The translations under genes were made by a program, and so were the position numbers. Of a stretch of DNA of 64,000 nucleotides, positions 58,486-64,000 are shown piece after piece; position 1 is the first letter of the stretch; each line of letters starts with the position of its first letter. This stretch comes from an uncultured Holosporaceae bacterium (GTDB lineage Bacteria > Pseudomonadota > Alphaproteobacteria > Holosporales > Holosporaceae): NCBI GenBank assembly GCA_964560205.1, contig CAZLKT010000001.1, forward strand, positions 13,733 through 77,732. The letters are read 5' to 3'. Below the pieces are notes generated by a model, which searched no databases, was not told where the DNA came from, and saw only the letters and a program-made list of their open reading frames with translations.

Positions 58486-60000
58486 CTACACTGGTGGTGT
58501 CTTTGGGAGATCGTCTAGCGGTAGGACACTCGGCTCTGGACCGTGTAACCCTGGTTCGAATCCAGGTCTCCCAGCGTTTCCTTGGGTGAGTGCGCCCTTA
58601 GGATTTCTTCTCCTTTCTTCTTTTATATTTTTGAGAAGATCACGAAAGTCCTTGGCTTTTTTCTCATAGGGGTCCCCCATGGGTAAAATTTTCAATGCTT
58701 CATCGATGTGAAACTGGGCTTTTTCGAGATCGTTTTCATGGAGCGCGCATTCCGCCAAGCACACACGCATGGGGCCAAATTTTTGCAGTTTTCCATAAAC
58801 AATGCCAAGACGATACCAGACCTCGGGACTAGGCTCGGAAACAAAGAGAAGCTGCTCTAAGGTTTTGACTGCCTCCTTTAAAGCTTCTGGATTATCCATC
58901 ATGGTGAGAATATGTGCTTTAAAAGATGCCAGGAGCATGTCCCTAGGGCGATGCTTTACTGCTTGGTCTATGGCCTCTTTCGCCTCAGGAATACGTCGAG
59001 CGTCCACAAGGATTTGTGCTCGAAGCTCTTCTATAAAGGCAGTGGTAAAGACAGGATTGTTCCGCAAAGGATCTAATATCTGGAGAGCCTTATCCCATTG
59101 ACCCAATCTATAGTGGACAATGGCTTTCCCATAATCTTTCATAATCTGTGGAACAGGAAGCTTCTCAATGGTGAGAAATGCTCCAGCAAGGTCTGTGAGA
59201 TGGGCGATAATTTTTGTTTTTATGAGGGAGAATTTGAGGGAAAAAGTGTGGGGCATGGGGAGGATATTTTTTTGCTCCAGCTTTTCTTTATAGTAATGGG
59301 CAGACATCATACGATCTTTGGAAAACGGGTGGGTTCTTAAATACGGATGCACGCTGTAAACAGAATCTTTTTTGCCTAATTTTTCCATCATGGCAAGAAA
59401 GCCATCCATGGACCATTTCAAGCTTGAAAGCACATGAAGAGCAAATTGATCTGCAGAAGATTCTTGAGTTCTGCTGTATCCCATGAGATCAGCATAGGCC
59501 CAATATTGTCCAATATTCCCAAAGCCAAATGCTCGAACATCCCTCAGAAGACCTGCAGCCAAAAGCCCCAAAAGGGTGGATAATATGGATCTATTTTGTG
59601 TTCTGCTTAAAAGCTCCACACGACTGATCCAATGTTTGCCAGCAATGTGACCAAGCTCGTGGTACAGCACCGCAATGAGCTCTTCCACGGAATCCATTGA
59701 AGCGATAAGACCCGTGTTGCAAAAGATTTCTTGATTAGGTGTGGCAAAGGCATTGATGGAGTCTGTGACAATGACATACATGCGTACGCGGTGAATCTCT
59801 GGTACCTTTCGCAAAGCGGGTGCGAGAAACTCTGCAAGCACTTCTTCGATTTCACTATCGCGAAGCACTGCCCCCTCTTGGATTCTCAGAGGAAAGGAAA
59901 AAATGTCTTGTGGAGCAAGGAAGAAAGAGATCTGCAAGGGAAGAAGAAAACAAAAAAAGTATCTACTGAGAATGCTTGTGAGAAAACTCTTTCTTTTCAT
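58486..60000 (-). CDS. M48-family zinc metalloprotease with C-terminal TPR repeats (BepA-like)
   Basis: Signal sequence, the HELGH zinc motif (LYHELGHIAGKH), and TPR-like helices. The last codons (...RPGFEPGLHGPEPSVLPLDDLPKTPPV) are antisense to tRNA-Gln. Confidence 0.8.
   Translation of the reverse strand: MKRKSFLTSILSRYFFCFLLPLQISFFLAPQDIFSFPLRIQEGAVLRDSEIEEVLAEFLAPALRKVPEIHRVRMYVIVTDSINAFATPNQEIFCNTGLIASMDSVEELIAVLYHELGHIAGKHWISRVELLSRTQNRSILSTLLGLLAAGLLRDVRAFGFGNIGQYWAYADLMGYSRTQESSADQFALHVLSSLKWSMDGFLAMMEKLGKKDSVYSVHPYLRTHPFSKDRMMSAHYYKEKLEQKNILPMPHTFSLKFSLIKTKIIAHLTDLAGAFLTIEKLPVPQIMKDYGKAIVHYRLGQWDKALQILDPLRNNPVFTTAFIEELRAQILVDARRIPEAKEAIDQAVKHRPRDMLLASFKAHILTMMDNPEALKEAVKTLEQLLFVSEPSPEVWYRLGIVYGKLQKFGPMRVCLAECALHENDLEKAQFHIDEALKILPMGDPYEKKAKDFRDLLKNIKEERRRNPKGALTQGNAGRPGFEPGLHGPEPSVLPLDDLPKTPPV
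58504..58574 (+). tRNA. tRNA-Gln (anticodon CUG), no encoded CCA
   Basis: Hand fold: TGGGAGA TC GTCT AGCGGTA GGAC A CTCGG CTCTGGA CCGTG TAAC CCTGG TTCGAAT CCAGG TCTCCCA G. The U1-A72 pair is typical of tRNA-Gln. There is one U-U mismatch in the anticodon stem. Confidence 0.75.
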
Positions 60001-60898
60001 GTTTTTTCCAAGAAAGCACGAGGAGTGACGAGAGTATAACACAAGATCCGCATATCATCCACCATGTGGGATATTCTCTGAAGAAAAGCACTCCCATCCA
60101 TGCACCAAGCACCAATTTAAAGGACCCAACAGGAAGAAGGAAGGAGAGGTCGGTATAGGAAAAAGCTTTGCCAAGGCACCAATGGGCAAAAGCCAAAGCA
60201 ATTCCGCATAACCAGAGAAGAGCGCACTCCTCCCCCGTGGGCCATATCCAAAGGGGGATGCTTGGCAATAGTGTTATACTGACAGAAAGCATAAGAACAC
60301 ACGCAATGGATTGTGGTGAAAACTTTTCATGTAAAAGTTTTTTTCCCAAGATATTGGACAACGAACAGGAAAGGGCCGCGCAGAGAGGCACAAGCATCAG
60401 CCATGATGCGTTTTCTTCTGCAGAAACATGGGATGTGCTGAAAATTCTGGAGCCCTCCATGAGAAGAATCCCTCCACATATGCCAAGCATAATGGATACG
60501 CTGCGCTGCATGGACAGGTTTTCTTTTAAAAAAAGTTTTGCCCCCAGTGCTGTGAAAAAAGGCCCCATGAACCCAAGGGCAACACTTTGAAAGAGGGGAA
60601 GTTTTTGTATGGCATAGGTCCATGATATAACGCTTATAACGCTTATAAAAGATCGAGCCAAGGATGACCACGATGACAAAAGCCCTCGGGGGAAACTTCT
60701 CAGGATGCATAAGAGAAAAACCCCTCCTATGAAATTCTGGCAACAGGCTATCTGTAAAGCGGGCAGAGAAAGACTCTTTATCAGCACGTTGGAAAGAGAA
60801 AAGAAGAGACACGCCAAAAGCTTCCACAGGATCGCCTTTTGGGCAGAAGAAGACATGTGTACAGGAAAAAATCTCATGGCTCCTCTTGCGTCTTGCAT
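59963..60898 (-). CDS. EamA/DMT-family transporter
   Basis: About 10 hydrophobic segments in two similar halves. The start codon is uncertain. Confidence 0.7.
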   Translation of the reverse strand: MQDARGAMRFFPVHMSSSAQKAILWKLLACLFFSLSNVLIKSLSLPALQIACCQNFIGGVFLLCILRSFPRGLLSSWSSLARSFISVISVISWTYAIQKLPLFQSVALGFMGPFFTALGAKLFLKENLSMQRSVSIMLGICGGILLMEGSRIFSTSHVSAEENASWLMLVPLCAALSCSLSNILGKKLLHEKFSPQSIACVLMLSVSITLLPSIPLWIWPTGEECALLWLCGIALAFAHWCLGKAFSYTDLSFLLPVGSFKLVLGAWMGVLFFREYPTWWMICGSCVILSSLLVLSWKKHEKKEFSHKHSQ

Positions 60899-60985
60899 TA
60901 TTGAGCAGTATAAGCAAAAAAAATGTTCTTACAAATTTCTTATGGTTTGTCACGTGGCGTATTTGCAGGTAGTATGGAGGTGTAC

Positions 60986-61059
60986 GCGCCTGTAGCTCAG
61001 CTGGATAGAGCGTTGCCCTCCGGAGGCAAAGGTCGAAGGTTCGAATCCTTTCAGGCGTG
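60986..61059 (+). tRNA. tRNA-Arg (anticodon CCG), no encoded CCA
   Basis: Hand fold: GCGCCTG TA GCTC AGCTGGATA GAGC G TTGCC CTCCGGA GGCAA AGGTC GAAGG TTCGAAT CCTTT CAGGCGT G. The first acceptor pair is a G1-U72 wobble. Confidence 0.85.
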
Positions 61060-61218
61060 CAGAGACCTTTTTCTCCTCATATTTTTGAAAAGCCTTGCTT
61101 TGTAAGGACTTTTTCTGGTGGGGTTTCCATGGAAAGAAAAAGGGGATACCATGAAGTATCGTGGCAGTACTTTTTTGAGGAAGAGAGATTTTCTTTACAA
61201 AAGAAATGGAGAGGTTGA

Positions 61219-61800
61219 ATGAGTGTTCATACGGTATGTGTTTTTTGTGGAGCCAAGAGTGGAAAAAAAGCGGAGATGGTGAGATTGGCTTCGGATGTTG
61301 GCCGTCTTATTGCACAGGAAAAAATATCCATTGTATATGGTGGAAGTAACAACGGGCTTATGGGTGCAGTGACGGTGGGAGCGCTTGCAGAACAAGGGAG
61401 GGTCATTGGGGTTTTTCCCGATTTATTGAATGGCAATGAAAGCCCTCATATGGGTCTTACGGATCTTATACGCACGCCTTGTTTAGCAACCAGAAAGCAA
61501 AAGATGGTGGATATTTCCGATGTTTTTTTGATTTTGCCAGGGGGGTATGGCACCCTTGATGAGATTTTTGAAATTGTGACGCTTTATAAGCTCAGTGCCC
61601 ATGAGAAGCCCATGATTTTATTTAATCATGATCATTTTTGGGACCACATGCTGAAGCAAATACAACTTATGGTGGATGAAGGCTTTATCGATGAAAAAGA
61701 TGGAGATCCATTTTATATTGTCAATACCCTTGAGGAATTGCAGGATAGGCTTCGTCAGTTGAGCGCAGAACTTGTGTGCGCCCATGAGACAGCTTTGTAA
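61219..61800 (+). CDS. LOG-family protein (TIGR00730-type nucleotide phosphoribohydrolase)
   Basis: VCVFCGAKSG..., IVYGGSNNGLMGAV and PGGYGTLDEIFE motifs. Confidence 0.85.
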   Translation: MSVHTVCVFCGAKSGKKAEMVRLASDVGRLIAQEKISIVYGGSNNGLMGAVTVGALAEQGRVIGVFPDLLNGNESPHMGLTDLIRTPCLATRKQKMVDISDVFLILPGGYGTLDEIFEIVTLYKLSAHEKPMILFNHDHFWDHMLKQIQLMVDEGFIDEKDGDPFYIVNTLEELQDRLRQLSAELVCAHETAL

Positions 61801-61854
61801 AAGGAGAAAGCACTTTCTTTTTCAAGGAAATGGCATATAGTGAACAGAGGAAGA

Positions 61855-61930
61855 GGGGCTGTAGCTCAGTTGGGAGAGCGCGTCGTTCGCAATGACGAGG
61901 CCGGGAGTTCGATCCTCCTCAGCTCCACCA
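61855..61930 (+). tRNA. tRNA-Ala (anticodon CGC), CCA encoded
   Basis: Hand fold: GGGGCTG TA GCTC AGTTGGGA GAGC G CGTCG TTCGCAA TGACG AGGCC GGGAG TTCGATC CTCCT CAGCTCC A CCA. The G3-U70 identity pair is present. Confidence 0.9.
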
Positions 61931-61933
61931 TGA

Positions 61934-63211
61934 ATGTTTGGGAGGGGTCCTTTGTCTTCTTTTGGAAATTTTGTCGCTTTGCGATTTTTGTGGTCCTCGC
62001 GGCGAAGGGGATTCGCAGCCCTTGTGGCAATGTTCTCCTTTGTGGGGGTCGTTTTGGGGGTGGCAACGCTTATTATTGTCATGTCCGTCATGAATGGGTT
62101 TCGCCATGAGCTCATGCATCGCATCTTAGGTCTTAATGGACATATTACCGTTTATTCTGGAAAGTCTGTTATGAAAGATTTTTCTGCTGTGCAAGAATAT
62201 ATTGTGCGTGATCCCTTTGTGACCCAGTGTTCGCCCATTATCGAAAAACAGGGCCTTTTTCTTGCCCAGGGGGCTTCAGGAGGGATTATTCGAGGCATTA
62301 TTCCCTCCGCCTCCTATCATCAGAATTCCCTCTTGTCCAAAAGCCTTCTCCAGGGAAGCATCATGGATATGGAGACGCCTTATACAGTTATTATCGGCCA
62401 TAAGCTGGCAAAAAAAATTCATATGCGGGTGGGGGATCGCATGAAAATTATGGTGGCACAAAATCGCCCCACGGTTATGGGGTTTTTGCCGCGTTCTCGT
62501 TCCTTTCGTGTGGTGGGTATTTTTGATACGGGGATGCATGAATATGATCAGGCTTTTGTATTTATGTCCTTGGCCACTGCACAAAAATTTTGGGATATGC
62601 CTTCGGACACGGTGACACATATGGAAATTTTTGTTAAAGACCCGGAAAACATAGACAACATCTCTCGTCATATGGGCATCCAGCTTGCTGAAGGCTTTCC
62701 CCATGAGGAGCTTCTTGTCTATGATTGGCAAAAGGCCAATGCCCACTTTTTCAATGCAATTCAGGTGCAGAGAAATGTGCTTTTTCTCATTCTCCTGTTG
62801 ATTATCCTTGTGGCAGTTTTTAATATTGTGGCCTGTCTTATTATGTTGGTGCAGGATAAAATAAAAGATATTGCTGTCTTACGAACTCTGGGGGCCACAC
62901 GAGGAGCGATTTTAGGCATCTTTCTTCGGGTGGGCGCCTTTATTGGGGGTGTGGGAACCCTTGTGGGCACGATTATTGGGCTTTCGTTTTCTTATTACAT
63001 CGATCATATTCGTCGCTTTTTGGAGTTCTGTTCTGGTGCAGAGCTTTTTCAAGCGGAAATTTACTTTCTCTCAAAGCTTCCTGTGCAGATTCGTGGCTTT
63101 GAAGTTTTTCTTGTGGCTTTTGTAACCATTGGACTGAGTTTTGTGGCATCTTTCTATCCTGCATGGAAAGCATCACGACTTCATCCTGTGGAAGGATTAC
63201 GTTATGAGTAA
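61934..63211 (+). CDS. lolC: Lipoprotein-releasing ABC transporter permease (LolC/LolE family)
   Basis: ...[44 protein letters not shown]..., a periplasmic MacB-like domain, and a C-terminal FtsX-type transmembrane bundle. Confidence 0.85.
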   Translation: MFGRGPLSSFGNFVALRFLWSSRRRGFAALVAMFSFVGVVLGVATLIIVMSVMNGFRHELMHRILGLNGHITVYSGKSVMKDFSAVQEYIVRDPFVTQCSPIIEKQGLFLAQGASGGIIRGIIPSASYHQNSLLSKSLLQGSIMDMETPYTVIIGHKLAKKIHMRVGDRMKIMVAQNRPTVMGFLPRSRSFRVVGIFDTGMHEYDQAFVFMSLATAQKFWDMPSDTVTHMEIFVKDPENIDNISRHMGIQLAEGFPHEELLVYDWQKANAHFFNAIQVQRNVLFLILLLIILVAVFNIVACLIMLVQDKIKDIAVLRTLGATRGAILGIFLRVGAFIGGVGTLVGTIIGLSFSYYIDHIRRFLEFCSGAELFQAEIYFLSKLPVQIRGFEVFLVAFVTIGLSFVASFYPAWKASRLHPVEGLRYE

Positions 63212-63917
63212 AAATCATAGGGCTTTTTCTGCAGTGCCTTTGGTAACAGGAAAAGATCTTTTCTATAGCTATCGTCAGGGGTCTCAAGAGATCAAAGTGC
63301 TGTGTGGGGCAGATCTTTCCATTTTTCCGGGGGAGAAAGTCATCCTTACTGGTCCATCGGGGTCTGGAAAGTCTACCTTTCTCCATCTTTTTGGTCTTTT
63401 GGATAGTCCACACAAAGGAGAAATTCTTTTTTCCCATGAGGGCAGCATTTTTTCCACCATGACCGACAAGCAGCGTACCATGCTTCGAGGGCGCTTCTTA
63501 GGTTTTATTTATCAATGTCATCACCTTTTGGGAGAATTCACGGCTTTGGAAAACGTCATGATGCCGCTGCTCGTTGCTGGTGTTTCCTCCAGAAAAGCCA
63601 TGGAGCGTGCCTGTTATCTCCTGGAGCAGGTCCACATGACCCATCGTCGTCATCACCTTCCCACAGAACTCTCTGGAGGCCAACAACAACGCGTCTCCAT
63701 CGCCCGTGCTTTAGCCCACCACCCAGTTTTGCTTTTAGCAGATGAGCCCACGGGAAATCTTGATCAGAGGAATACTGAGGATATCATGGAGCTTTTCCAT
63801 AATCTTTGCACAAAAGAACATGTGAGCATTCTCATGGCCACCCACAATAAGTTACTGCATAAGGATTTCCATCGGGTGCTTTCCATACAGAATGGGAAGC
63901 TTCATGAGGAGGTATAA
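63204..63917 (+). CDS. lolD: Lipoprotein-releasing ABC transporter ATP-binding protein
   Basis: Walker A (GPSGSGKST), signature (LSGGQQQR), Walker B ([12 protein letters not shown]). It overlaps the lolC 3' end by 8 nt. Confidence 0.85.
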   Translation: MSKNHRAFSAVPLVTGKDLFYSYRQGSQEIKVLCGADLSIFPGEKVILTGPSGSGKSTFLHLFGLLDSPHKGEILFSHEGSIFSTMTDKQRTMLRGRFLGFIYQCHHLLGEFTALENVMMPLLVAGVSSRKAMERACYLLEQVHMTHRRHHLPTELSGGQQQRVSIARALAHHPVLLLADEPTGNLDQRNTEDIMELFHNLCTKEHVSILMATHNKLLHKDFHRVLSIQNGKLHEEV

Positions 63918-64000
63918 GACGTCTTCTGTGATGGTGTCTTCTGTTGTGCTAAGTGCTCCAGAAAATTTTTCCGTGTTGTGTGAAGGAGAGAAGAGTGTGG

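Overview
The window is a gene-dense stretch of chromosome with about 60 protein genes, 5 tRNAs and short intergenic gaps. There are many 4-nt ATGA start/stop overlaps. I saw no rRNA, CRISPR array, transposase, integrase or phage genes. The gene content points to a Gram-negative alphaproteobacterium: a MucR/Ros regulator, BamA, a BamB-like protein, LolCDE, an adrenodoxin-type ferredoxin, a TrxR-like FNR, and secF without secD. The sequence looks moderately AT-rich by eye. The compact layout, tRNAs without encoded CCA and CDS/tRNA overlaps suggest a reduced, host-associated lineage (Rickettsiales/Holosporales-like), but that placement is inference only. Most genes are housekeeping: ileS, alaS, gyrA, ssb, rho, lon, der, hflX, engB, hfq, rpmH-rnpA-yidD-yidC, the ribosomal proteins L20, L21, L27, L33, L34 and L35, pgsA, plsC, acpS, ddl, lysC, and potA/potB/potD. 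The main exception is a co-directional minus-strand block at 20178-26828. It holds two tandem paralogous lipoproteins that fuse a TPR-like domain to a C-terminal secretin domain, with no recognisable N0/N1 secretin domains and no partner machinery anywhere in the window. Downstream of them lie a decayed gene fragment and an 864-aa signal-peptide protein built from at least five tandem-repeat families. I read this block as a candidate self-piloting orphan secretin module with possible cargo, and it is the most interesting item here. Secondary observations are: a MucR variant lacking three canonical zinc-ligand positions; a BirA whose GRGRRGR loop reads GYGTHQR; several small orphan secreted proteins, two with NLS-like basic clusters; a small protein with a duplicated DVCTPKPWVITTG motif; two CDSs whose 3' ends read through antisense tRNA genes; and lolC starting 3 nt after tRNA-Ala. 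All product calls come from reading motifs in the supplied translations; no database search was run.
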